Origin: Felis catus
Lineage: Eukaryota
Length of the DNA: 64,000 nt
Assembly (NCBI RefSeq): GCF_018350175.1
Contig: NC_058368.1
Coordinates: 234,114,001-234,178,000 of the forward strand
Reading direction: 5' to 3'
Part shown: positions 24,976 through 37,100 of the stretch, piece by piece
Numbering within the stretch: position 1 is the stretch's first letter
Layout: each line of letters opens with the position of its first letter
Position numbers and translations under genes: made by a program
The notes under the pieces: model-generated
Told to the model about the DNA's origin: nothing
The model's input: the letters and a program-made list of their open reading frames with translations, nothing else
Database searches by the model: none

Positions 24976-27900
24976 GCCAGTGAGATGGGTTATGAAAAAT
25001 ACAACCTCACAAGTCTGGAATATGTCAGCCCCACAAAGTTGCCCCATTCTGTTGCCCCCCATTCTTTTGAGTTACTATTGATCATGGCCTCATGACCACA
25101 AATTCACATAGTCAAACTACTGTGCATCTAATTTATCTCATATTTAATACAAAAACTACCAATGACCAAGATCACTCACTGTTGAACATTTCCTTTGTGC
25201 GTAGCCTATGTTTTCTTTCTAAATATTTCCATATAATTTTAATATAATGAGACATCCCTTGTAAGTTCATGATCAATATTGACATTATGCTTAGAAAGCA
25301 GTATCTTCACAAAGTTATCTTAGAAATCAATTCTACATTAATAGAAAACGTAGCCATCAGGCACTTCTAGGGCTCATCTGACTTATTATGGAATGCTCTA
25401 GTTTTGCTCTTTATATGAACCTCTTAAACACAATCATATTGGAGTTTGTACTTTACAAGAGACATGATTCTTTAAAATAGATTTATCAGCTTCTTAGGCT
25501 CCCTCTGAATTCGAGGCTTTGAGTAAAGACCAGGAATGCATTTGGTCATCTGGCTGTCACAATGCTTCTCAACCTTTTTAATTTTTTTGCTTTATAGGTG
25601 CCCACTGAAAGTTATATTTGTCCATCCTGTTAGCATAAATATGCTGAAAGCAGGACTTTATAGGCTTGGGGTTCTCGCAGCTCCAAAGGCAAACAAAAGG
25701 CAGGAGTCATTCCCAGCACAAAAATTGGGAAGCTCAGTTTTGGCAGACTGACACTGACTTACTGACTTACTCTCTATCAAAAGAGAAAATAAGTACTTAT
25801 CCAGCTTGTTCAAGGTGCTATGAAGGACACAGATGCATCATGAAAATGAGGGTGATTCTTAAACAGCTCATGATATCATTGGGGGATGATGGAATTATTA
25901 CAATTAGATGAAATGAATGAATGAATGAAATAGATTAAAACAATCACAGAAAAATCCATAGCACAGATCACAGTAAAATCATGCATTATGGTGCAGGTAA
26001 CTTATTAGTACTGCTGTCATGACTCAGAGGTCGGAAATAGGATGGGTAGGGAAGAGTGCAAGGAAGTAGGACCTGAGCGAGATCTGATGAGCAGAATTTG
26101 GATGAAGAAAGACAGGGAGGTTTCCGTGGGAGAACAGCAGCATTTGTGAAGAATGGCCATGACTTCCTTGTGGGTTGGAAAAGAGACATCTTGCTAGATA
26201 TCTGATGAGGACGTGCTTGTGAAATTGTCCTGCAAATTATAAAGCACCCATTATTAGAAACATTTTTATTGTTGTGGATATTGTGGAAATTGAAGTGAAC
26301 CCAAGAAGCCTTCTCATTCCATTTTTCTCATATACCGGATAATCGCACATGAGTTACCTAGACCACCTTGCTCCTTTGGGCACATTGAGTTCTTCAGGGG
26401 ATTAGAGATCCTGCATGTAGTGTCTGGTTTCAGATGTTTATCATTAATGATGTCCAGCGCTAGAGCCCCATTTGTACTATTGTTGTGTATGTTGCCTTCT
26501 ACTCTATCAGGCAGGTGTTCTGAGTTTTCAAGGCAGGTTTGAAAACAAGGAGTCATTTGAAGTCCCTGGATACTGGATGCTCTCAAATGTCCTAACTGAC
26601 TTTATCATCCCTCTTTTTGGGTCAACATGAAATTATGGTGACTCATCTACAATCAGAACCAAGCCAGGGTATAAGTCTGCATGTTAGAGCTCATCTGCAG
26701 CCCAGGCAGCGCCCAAAACCACGTTTTGGAACTTTCTGGGTGATCGGCTTCACTGGAGTTCTCACCCTATGTTCAGTTTCCCACCCTCCTTTGCAGAGTC
26801 TCATCCAGTGGGTCTGGAATGAGATCCTGCAGATTACTTTAATGCTAGGGAGGCTTGAGAAAACCAATGCAAGGCCAGCATTATCCTCACTACCCTGAAG
26901 AAACAAAAGTTCTGGATAAATTGAAGCTGTTTTCGTAAAATAAGCCCTTAACATGCTTTCATGGGATTTGTGGAGAAATGGAGATGCTCTCTGTAAAAAT
27001 TTGCTAATTTGGAATGCAGAATGCAGAAGACTACCTTGACCTAGAATGTAAGGTCTACTTTTGGTCACAAACTGCATTCCTTTCCTGTGAAGTTAAATAG
27101 GGTAAGGTACATATCCTTCCTATTTGTCAATTATATCTCAATAAAGATAGGGGAACATTTCTGAAAATCTCAAAATTCAAAAAAAATTTTGATCAAATGT
27201 ACTTTAAATATTTTAGGAGAAGCTTATTTAAAATACAGAAGTAAAACTGATATTCACATCTTATTAAGCTGGTTTAATATTATTTTACTTCATATGTTGA
27301 GTTTTCTCAAAGCATGATTCACTTAAACATTTAAACACATTTGTTATTATTTCCAATCACACTGTGAATTCTTTCCCAGATTTAGTATCAAGAAAAAGCC
27401 TATGCCTTCTAATGAATTATAACTGGGTTTTCTTTTATAGGATAATGAGAACAATTTGACACCAGAGTTTGATATAATCATAAAACAGTGAACTTCTAAA
27501 TGTAATCAACCTCTAGATATAATCCATATATGCTAACAACATTAACTACAAGCTTATAAAAACTGGCTGACATCATTTATAGCATATGGAAATAATGGTT
27601 GAAATACCTATGAAAAAAATCTGAGATCATTCATACAGAAAGTGACTCTTTACCCCTGAATTTTGGGTAAATTTTGTCACATGCATATTTTTTGACCAGC
27701 ATTCACTACCTTGACATGTTCTAAACAGTTGTGCAGTTTTTACACACATTCAAAAGCACCTTACGCTTACTGAATTAAGGGGAGAGGGAAAATTTTATTT
27801 ATTTCACGAGAGATTCAAGACAAGATTTACAAACAAATCCAGAATCCTAGGACTTTTGTAGACGGTTTGCCATGGCCTACTCTTTAATTTCATGGAGGGA

Positions 27901-29780
27901 AAAGATGGGAGCCAGAGATGTTGTGGGATTTGTCTGTGGTGTAAGTACAGGGAGGAACATGGGGCCTGTGGCAGGAAGCCCAGGACAGAGGTGGATCCCC
28001 ATAGAACCTGCTACCTAGAGAAGCCCATGCCAGCATCTACCGGCTCTGTGCTCCATCCTGCACCCAGGGGGGTCCCAGTAAACACTACCTAAATTAGATA
28101 GAATGCAATCCCTCTTATCAAAACTCTTAAAAAGTCTGAGAAAAGTATACTATAAGGCATAAAACCTAGCCTCCAGGAAAAAGCTTTCCTACCAACATTT
28201 CTAAAAGGATCCATAGAGTACATGGCAAGCCAGGTTTTGTTCTGGAAAGGACAGGCAAGGGAAGGCGGCATCGTGTTAACTCAAGCTCTGCAGATGTTGG
28301 ATAATTCGGGATCTCATTTATTCACAGAGAAAACAAAATGTGGCCTCATTACAGTCAAGAAGAGGGTTATTTGAGGCCAGCAGCTGATGTAAACCTAGTA
28401 AACACATACACACACAAGGGCACACACATAAATATGGATATCTATGCCAAAACAAAACCTGAAAACTCTTCCCCCATCTGTCTGTGCCTCAGAGAAGTGG
28501 GTGATCCCTGAGCCCCCAAAAGCTACTTCCCAGCATAGCAGGCACAGACACACACAGAACTGGCTGTGATACAGGGGCAGGACTGAGGACTGTCACTCTA
28601 AAGTGACCAGTCCTCCACTTGGTGGAGGTCCCCTCACCAGTACTGTAACCAAACGCATGATTGACAAAAACAACAGTATGAGACATAGATACACAGAGAA
28701 CATTACATGTGGAGACCCAAGAGAAGGCCTGGAACCATGTGCAGTCAAGGGCCTCCGGGGTGCCTATCAGTCCTCGTGTGTGGATGCGACTACCTTGCCC
28801 CTAATCACAGCATCCCAGGAGAACCCCAGGCACCCAGTACACTGATTTCGTTAATGTTAGTTAACTAATGTTTCAGTTTCCATGAAGATAAAGATGCCAC
28901 CTACCTGGTAGAATTATGGTAAGAAGTAAAGGATCAAAGGAATACACAGTGCTGGGCGCATGTTATGAATGGCACAGGAGGTGGTCGCTGTTATCATTAC
29001 ACAAATTCGTATCTCTGGGAAACAAACAAGGTACAGCAATGGAGGTGGTAGAGAAAGGAAAACACGTGGCTACCCTATCCTTCATGCCAGGCACCACCAT
29101 CTGCAACCCCCAGTTTACTGACTGGTTTACTCATCTGTCTCTCTGCCCCACCCAGCCTTTCCTGAAACCTATGCCTTCTCCACCACTACATCCCTAACAG
29201 ACAGTAGAAGCCAAATTAAATATTAAATACTTGGGTTGTTGACTTCTCTCTGTCCTTGCCTGACCTTTCTTCCATTCTTGTCCATCTTCTCAAAGACGGA
29301 GGAAAAAAAGAGAGACAGAGAGTGAGCTGAAGAAGTCTAGAGAAAAACCCAAATCTGGCTCCCAGTCTCCTAGAGATAAAGCCTATAGGGCCACCATATT
29401 TCTCCCAGGCCACATCAGTAGGTATGAGTCCAACAATAAAAGCAAGAACAATGGACAGGAAGACACTAAACCACTTGTTCCTAAAGAAAAGAACAATTCT
29501 TCAGAATGAGCTTTCTGATTGCAGAGGCCTGGATGTCAACTGTCACAACTGTAAGGCCAAATCTACATGGTTGACTTGTCTTTATTTTCTGCAGAGATCT
29601 TTCATTTATCCTGAAGTGTTTGATCTATACACAATGCTGTAAGGTAAACAGCTCCATACATTGTACAGGAAAACAGACTCAAATCAGTTGTTACTCACCC
29701 CATCAAGCATCTGACAAATGAAAGAAGTCTCAAATCAAGCACTTCCAAATGCAAATGCAAGGCTCCTACAACACCCTGGG

Positions 29781-29882
29781 CACCCCAACTCTGTGGTCAG
29801 CATGGCTCTGTGGACGCCCTGGCCTCATGGTCACTCCAGCCTCATGGACACCCCAGCCCTGTGGACACCCTGACCCTATAGC
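29781..29882. repeat. Degenerate 17-bp minisatellite, ~6 units
   Basis: caccccaactctgtggt/cagcatggctctgtgga/cgccctggcctcatggt/cactccagcctcatgga/caccccagccctgtgga/caccctgaccctatagc. Confidence 0.8.
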
Positions 29883-30394
29883 CCTAATATCTGTAAGTGG
29901 CTCCCATGACCCTTGATGCCTGTCATAGCTTGTAATGCTGTCAGGTCCTTGTTGACCACCATTCCCATTCCTCCTGCTCTCCAGCTGCTGGCTAGCCAGA
30001 GTGCCGTTGAAGACAAGAGTGGGATGGGAGTGTTAACGGGCATCCTTTAAGATCAAGTATCAGCTCTCAAACGCCTTATTTGGGGAAGAATTTCCAATTC
30101 TGTGAGAAGAGTGGCAGGCGCAGTCCACTTTCTATCCCTGTTTTCTTACTCCTCTTCTGTCACATCTTTCTGTTTTTACATGTGTAACTAGTTTATTCCT
30201 TTTTCCTCAAGATCATCTAGCTGGCCAAATCATCAGAGTGCAAGGTGGGAGATGCTGAAGGGTGCCATAGTGCCTTCCTTTTGCTGCCTCAGAACTGCAT
30301 TGGGGACCCTGCATTTGGATAGGCAGCCCCTTCCTAGATTCTTTCACCAAAAGCCATAAAGGAGAGTGTGTCTTGTATCTCATGAAGGAACAGA

Positions 30395-30552
30395 GAAAGG
30401 GAGGGGGAGGGAGGAAAGGGAAAGAAGAGGAGAGGAAAGAGAAAAGAGAAGGAAAATGTAGAAAAGGAGGAAGGGAGATAAGGAAGGAAGGAAGGAAGGA
30501 AGGAAGGAAGGAAGGAAGGAAGGAAGGAAGGAAGGAAGGAAGGAAGGAAGAA
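30395..30552. repeat. Purine-rich tract with (GGAA)n microsatellite
   Basis: About 17 perfect aggaa/ggaa units at 30481-30550. Confidence 0.95.
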
Positions 30553-31944
30553 AACCCTCTAGGTTCCTGGGAAAGACTTTTGTTTCACTCTTACAAGATC
30601 CCCAACACATGGTTAAGAATTTGAAAACAAACAAACAGGCTACCACGGGGCATGAACAGCATGCAAAGGAGAGCAGTTTCCAAGGTGCCCTTGGACACGA
30701 AGGCCGTGCCCCTCCCACGTATTGGGCGTTCTGCAGGGCTGCTACGTGATAGGTGCCATCAACGTGTGTTAAGTGGATAAACACCTGTGCCAAACTATAG
30801 TCTTACACGAATTCTTTCAAGAAAAGAGGGAGAAAAATCTCAGAAGTGCTTTAAAAATTCCTTGTAGCTAGTTCATCTTCATTTGCTGTATCTACAGAAG
30901 CCAACAAGCACAGTTGGAACAAATAGGTTAATAAAACCAAGCCAGATGGCCAGCCATTAATTTTGTTGCTTCTCTGCAGCCATTACAGATTTATCTTTCA
31001 AAGTTCTACACTAATCAGAGTGTAAATTCCCCTGAAGCCATTTGGTGCCTTGGCAAGTAAGCCAGACCATGAATTTCTAAGAATCTGCACCCTCATTAGT
31101 CCCTAAGGACTTCCTCTCATCCTGTTATTGACCATGAGAGATTAGCTGTCTTGAAAAATACCATTCTAAAACATTATACTTTGATGCTGTATTTTTTCAT
31201 TAATTTGTATTTATCTGTCTTGAAATGTATATCCATTAGCATAGAGCTTTGAACTCTTGGTGAAGGAAGCAATGGACTTCTGGCCCAGGTGATGTGGTCT
31301 GTATGTCAAATCTTCCTTCACTCAACTACCATCATCATCATCAAACACATAGGAGTAACCAAGAACATGCAACAGAGAGGATTAGGAGAACCTAACTGAG
31401 TAGAGAAGCAGGACAAACATCTTTGTCATCAGAAAAGGAAAAGAAACAGAAAAAAAGGAGTTGAGGCTGACCTGAACCTGCTGTTGTCCAGCTCTGAGGA
31501 CAGACAGAAGTATCTGGGAGGATGCGTGTGATGGGCTTTTGGTGTGGTAGGGTCTGGAGCTGACAGCCAAAAGAGAATTCTTGAGGCATCCACCGTTGGT
31601 GCAAAAAGGTGATTTTATTAAAGCACAGGGACAGGACCAATGGGCAGGAAGAGCTGTACTAGGGTTGTGTACTAGGGTTGTGGTTATGTACTATGGAGTT
31701 GGGGAGGTAAAGGGAAAAGGGAGGCCTCCAGAAGGACTTTCATATGCTAATGAGGACTCCCAAGATAGGAGGCCTAGCTAAGCTGGAGGCCTAGCTACTG
31801 TCAGGCTAAGGTTGTTTTTTCTCTAGGAAGGCAGTAACATTAAGACAGTATGATGTTCCTGGAGAAATGTTATACTCTCTATTTGCCTCAAGTATTTGTC
31901 AGTGGGCTGCATGTTATAAAGAAATTTAATGCTATCTATATTTT

Positions 31945-32168
31945 CTTTTTTTTTAATTTTTTTTAATGTTTATTTATTTTTGAGACAGAGAGAGACAGAG
32001 CATGAGCAGGGGATGGGGCAGAGAGAGAGGGAGGCACAGAAGCTGAAGCAGGCTCCAGGCTCTGAGCTGTCAGCACAGAGCCTGACGCGGGGCTCGAACT
32101 CACGAACTGTGAGATCATGACCTGAGCTGAAGTCGGACGCTTAACCGACTGAGCCACCCAGGCGCCCC
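31945..32168 (-). mobile_element. CanSINE (SINEC_Fc type), inserted in the tail of the adjacent SINE
   Basis: Full head and tail, head-to-tail with the next copy. Confidence 0.95.
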
Positions 32169-32382
32169 TAATTTTTTTAATGTTTATTATTTTTGAGGGA
32201 GACAGAGAGACAGAGAGCAAGCAGAGGAGGGACAGAGAGAGAGGGAGACACAGAATCTCAAGCAAGCTCCAGGCTCCGAGCTGTCAGCACAGAGCCCGGC
32301 GTAGGGCTGGAACTCACGAACCGCGAGATCATGACCTGAACTGAAGTTGGACACTCAACCGACTGAGCCACCCAGGCACCCC
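32169..32382 (-). mobile_element. CanSINE (SINEC_Fc type)
   Basis: Full head and tail. Confidence 0.95.
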
Positions 32383-33348
32383 CATTATTTACATTTTCTT
32401 CTTGCCTGTGTTCCCCACACCACTATGGAGTGGAGAGTAATGATAGGGCTCCAGGAAACTGAGTCTGTAGGTTCCTGGAAATGAGGCTATCAATAAGATT
32501 GTCTTTTCTTGTGATTTACTAAGATATTTGTAAACTAATGGAGACTCATGTCCTGCATCACTGTGATCTCTATCAGTTAATCATTAGTTTTCCCCTTTCC
32601 TTTGTTCTTGGGCAGCCAAGAATGCCTGAGGAATATCACACATATCCCCGCCCCCTCCCAGGGGTGGGGGGTGTTGTTAGCTTGTGCTTTTCCTCAGCTT
32701 GCCTTGTGCTCCCTCATCACATCTGTTAGGTAGTTAGGGACCAAAACCAAGCTCTCAGTTTGAACTGAGCTGGACCAGACTCCTCTTCCTACAAGGAAAG
32801 GACAGTAGGATCCAATGTGACAGGCAATGTGAGCTCCTTATCTAGAAAGGCACGAGGAAGCTGACCCTGGCTTGCAGGTAGGACCTGAGTGTCAGCAACA
32901 CAAGGCTGTTGTTTAATTGCATGAGGACACCCAAAGCAGCAGGACAACACTCCATTCTGGACTCTGAGCTCCAGAGAAACAAGGTGGAGGCAGGCAAAAA
33001 ATGACCAGCCGGGGCAGGGGGAGAGAGAAGAGGGGCATGAAGGGAATGTACACAGAGAGAGGGTGATGAGATGAGCCCGCAGATCTAAAGTGAGAAACAC
33101 CAGCGCTAAGAGTAACACACCACACATCAACCACCGGGAAGTGAAGTGACCCCCGATGAAATAAAAATCATTTTAAAATGTAAAACATGGCTTTAAAATG
33201 AAGTTATGTTTGATACTCGGAGATTGAAGTAAGAGATAACATTTTTTCATGGGAGATTCTGAACCAAAACATAATAGCATAACAAGAGTGCATTAAAATT
33301 CCTGGAAATTAAAGCAAAATAGTTTGTTAATTAGAAAACACCAGTTTA

Positions 33349-33605
33349 GGGGATGCCTGGGTGGCTTAGTTGGTTAAGCGCCCAATTCTTGGTTTCAGCT
33401 CAGGTCATGATCTCATGGTCATGGGATCAACCCCCCCCCCCCCCCATCCCTCCACCTTTGGACTACACACTGAGTATGGAGCCTGCTTGGGACTCTCTCT
33501 CTCCCTTTCTCTCTGCCCCTCCCCCACTCACCTGTGCTTGCTCTCTATCTCTCAAAATGAATAAATAAATAAACAAACAAACATTTTTTAAAAAGAAAGA
33601 AAAAT
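33349..33605 (+). mobile_element. Older CanSINE with internal poly-C expansion
   Basis: Head 'gggatgcctgggtggcttagttggttaagcg'. C15 at ~33431. (CT)n and tail present. Confidence 0.9.
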
Positions 33606-33639
33606 GCCCCGTTAAAAAAAAAAAAAACACTTGGGGAGT

Positions 33640-34500
33640 TAATTTTTAAAAATTAAAGAATTAGAGAATATTTCTGAAATGTATACTATGCAGAAGACAG
33701 AAATAAGATGTTTAAAATATGGAAAAGACGTGGAGAATATCTGCACACATGATTACATAATGATAAAACATAAGTGGTATGAAGGAAATCTTCAAAGCTG
33801 CCAGACTGAAAGTGCTGATTATCTACACAGAAACCAGCAATTAGTTAGGAAACTAACATTTCATCAATGACAATCAAATGACAATTGATGACAGAAGACA
33901 ACAATATCTTCCAAAAGCTCAGGGCAAAGCATAACATCAGATTAAAAACTATCATTCTAAAGTAACAAGAAAAAAAAGACATTTGCAGAGCCTAAAAATG
34001 AAAGTTTATCACCACTCCTGGACCATTTCTGCATAATAGTCTGTATTAAAGTAAATATTTAAAAGCAGAAAAGTAAACCTGGAGTGAATGCCTGGTACTT
34101 GAGAAGCAATAGTAAGCACAGACATTGATGAAATGCATTGATTAACTTCATCAACTACTGAGCATTGACAAAAGTCAGATGGTGAAATATTGACAGAAAT
34201 CAACAAGGGAAATGAGGGGAGAACTAATTAGAGAAACAGAAGGGAAAGGTACAGCAAGCCAACATTCTTTTCTTTTTGAGGACAAAACAAATAAAAATAA
34301 ATTTAGACAGTGTTGGGAAATTTATATTTGTGTACATATCTTAAAAAGTTAAAGCAACCACTGGAGAAATAGAAATGTCATCTGTAGTTCTCAGACCAAA
34401 AGAAAAACGTGAACAAAAAAACAAAAACAAAAACCTAGACCAACCCAGCCAAACACAGAAACAGAGGAAAAGTACTAAAAGCAAAGTAAAGAGAAAATAC
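33640..34500 (+). mobile_element. Very old L1/HAL1 ORF1-region relic
   Basis: A-rich, with fragments such as 'aacaatatcttccaaaagctcaggg' resembling the ORF1 C-terminal region. Confidence 0.35.
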
Positions 34501-34529
34501 AAAGATAAGGGGGTGATGTTCATAACAGA

Positions 34530-34990
34530 ACGGCCCTAGTGTGGACCCCTCCAAAGCAGAGCCTGCTGGAAAGACTGGGACAGGGTTAGCTTTTTGGGAG
34601 ACAATTCCAGCAAACGTATGTGAGATAGGAAAAGTGAGAAACCCAATAAAGGTGCGCCGGTGAGCTGGTTGGGCGCTCTGGGTGCTTGGAGCTCCTTTGC
34701 GATGGGGACCCTCTCAAACCCTGAGAACTTGTCACACAAGGGAGGTACTGAGGCCCGGCCCTGTCTACCAAAGTTGCCTCCCTGTGGCTCGACTTCTCAT
34801 TGTTTCATCACTGAGCCTGTCTCTGGCAGAGCAAGTGTCTGCAGCCCCTGAGAAGGCCCTCAAGCAAAGGCACAGGGTGACACGGACACGCGAGGTGAGG
34901 GTGTCAGCCTGCGGGGACATGTCTCAGCTCAGGAGAACTCAGGTGGGCAGAGGTGAGGTGGAAAGTGGCCGCAAGCAGCATCTGCCGCAG
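34530..34990 (-). mobile_element. LTR16-like ERVL LTR relic
   Basis: 'ccaaagcagagcctg...tttttgggagacaattccag...gaaacccaataaagg...gagaaggccctcaagcaaag'. Confidence 0.55.
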
Positions 34991-35545
34991 CACGTGACGG
35001 AACTGGAGGCACCCACTTGAGGGATGATCAGGTTGGCTTGAAAAATAGCCATGTGCTGTTTCCAGGACACTGGCAACAAACTTAAACAGAAAGCTTCCAA
35101 ATACAGGGCATGAAAAAATAAACTGAGGAAAGATCTTCACACTTGTGCGTAAGAACAGGCACAAAGGTGACTGCGGGGACAAGGATTGGAATGGCAGCAA
35201 ATCACACGCCATTATGTTCACCGAAAGGAGAAGAGCTAAGTAGATGATAGTCCCATAAGGAACATCTTGCAGCATCCATACCTCAAGGATAAAAATCAAA
35301 TGGGAACATCCCGTGGAGACACTGTGCCACTTGAACCTAGTTAAGAGAAGGACTTATCAACACTGCACGTGTATACAGATCATTTATACTTCAGTATATT
35401 TCACTAACATAATTGTCTTCCAATATAGTTCAACTCTTAATAATGCTATATATTTATGATTGGGCAGGCTAATCATGAACTTTCCCTTTCATTGATTTGC
35501 CATCAAAAATTCTTCAATAAGGAATGGAGAATTAAAAGAAAAAAA

Positions 35546-35750
35546 TTTTAATGTTTATTTAGAGAGAGAGAGAGTGTGTGTGTGTGAGTGGGGAAGGGGC
35601 AGAGAGAGAGAGGGAGACACAGAATCTGAAGCAGGCTCCAGGCTCTGAGCTGTCAGCACGAGCCCAATGCAGGGCTCAAACCCACAAACTGTGAGATCAT
35701 GACCTGAGCTGAAGTTGGACACTTAATCTACTGAGCCATCCAGGTGCCCC
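35546..35750 (-). mobile_element. CanSINE (SINEC_Fc type)
   Basis: TSD aggaatggagaatt at 35520 and 35751. Confidence 0.95.
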
Positions 35751-36039
35751 AGGAATGGAGAATTTTAAACAAAGATATTCCCTCCTTCAAGAGTCATATG
35801 CAAAAATATGTTCACTGGTAAACTTAAATGTGCATAAGTGAATGGTTTCAGAGGATGCGGGCATTAAAAATTAACGTTGTAGGGGAAAAGCTTATGAAAT
35901 ACTATGCACAACTGATTCTAGTGAAGGTGAGAGAGAGAGAGAGGGAGGGAGGAAAATAAATAGAAAAATAAAGTAGAAAAAGGAAGGAAAAAAATTCAAG
36001 AAACAATGGTAAGAGAAAATGATGAAATAAGTTGATTAA

Positions 36040-36870
36040 CCTAAAAGCCTATTATTTATCAGAACAGCAAAAAAAAAAAAAAAAAGAAATACTTAGGTTC
36101 AAATATAACAGAAGATATGCAAGATTTCTATGCTTCAAACCACAGAACACTGAGGAAAAATATGGGGAAAAAACTGAGTAAGTAGAGAGATACACAGTAC
36201 TCATTGATTATAAGGTTTAATATTGACAATTTTCCACAAATTGAACTATAGATGTAATGCGATCCCAATCAAAATCGCAGCAGAAATGTCTGTTGAATTG
36301 GTAAGTTGATTGTAAGATTTACATGAAAACAGGAAAAGAAACAAGAGTAATCAAGACAATTTTAAAAAGAAGAAAAACCAAGTTTAAGGACTTAGCATGA
36401 CCTGATTTCAAGACTTTTTATAAAGCTCTAATAATCAGGATAATCTGGTATTGATGAAAAGGGTAGAAACATAGATCAATTGAGCAGAATAGAGAGTACA
36501 CAGATAGACTTACACGTAAATAATCAAATTATTTCCAACAAAGTTGCCACAGTAACTGAATAAGGGAAAGGCTAGTCTTCTCAACAAATAGTGTTGGAAC
36601 CATTGGACATCTGTGTGCAAACAAATAAATAAAGCTGCCCCAGACCTTGCACCGTTTACAAACACTAACTCTCAACTTAAACCTAAAACTATAACATTTC
36701 TACTAAGAAACAGAGGAAAATACTTGTGACCTTGATTTAGGCAAAGATTTCTTAAACACTGAAATCATGATCCATAAAAGAAAAAAAAATCAATAAACTG
36801 AACTTCATCAGAAGTAAAAACCTCTCTTCGTTGAAGGAGTCCATTAATAAAATTTAAAAAGCAAGCTGCT
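36040..36870 (+). mobile_element. Old L1M ORF2 C-terminal fragment (left part)
   Basis: 'gaaatacttagg...atcccaatcaaaatc.cagcag...cctgatttcaagactttttataaagct...catagatcaat...tcttctcaacaaatagtg'. Confidence 0.8.
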
Positions 36871-37100
36871 GGGCGCCTGAATGGCTCAGTCGGTTGAGCT
36901 CTTGATTTCAGCTCAGGTCATGATCTCACAGTTGTGGATCTGAGTCCTGAGTCGGGATCTGTGCTGGCAGCATGAAGCCTGCTTAGGATTGATTCTCTCT
37001 CTCCCTCTCTCCCTCTCTCTCTCTCTCCCTCTCTCTCTCTTTCTCTGCCCTTCCCCTGCTCTCTTTCTCTCAAAATAAACATTAAATTTTTTTTAAATAA
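36871..37100 (+). mobile_element. Older CanSINE whose tail is the L1 insertion site
   Basis: Head, long (CT)n and aataaac tail immediately followed by the L1 5' end. Confidence 0.92.

Larger units (their letters stand above)
31543..32719 (-). mobile_element. Carnivore ERV solo LTR containing two SINEs
   Basis: Minus strand begins TGATGAGGGAGC and ends CCCTACCACA. AATAAA on the minus strand at ~31613-31618. Internal tandem duplications. TSD not convincing. Confidence 0.65.

Noticed and set aside
29781..29882. CRISPR-like array
   Set aside because: Contiguous degenerate tandem units with no unique spacers, no cas genes, and a mammalian context.
30373..30793. KEGR-repeat and PSFL-repeat ORFs
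   Set aside because: They are translations of the (GGAA)n microsatellite.
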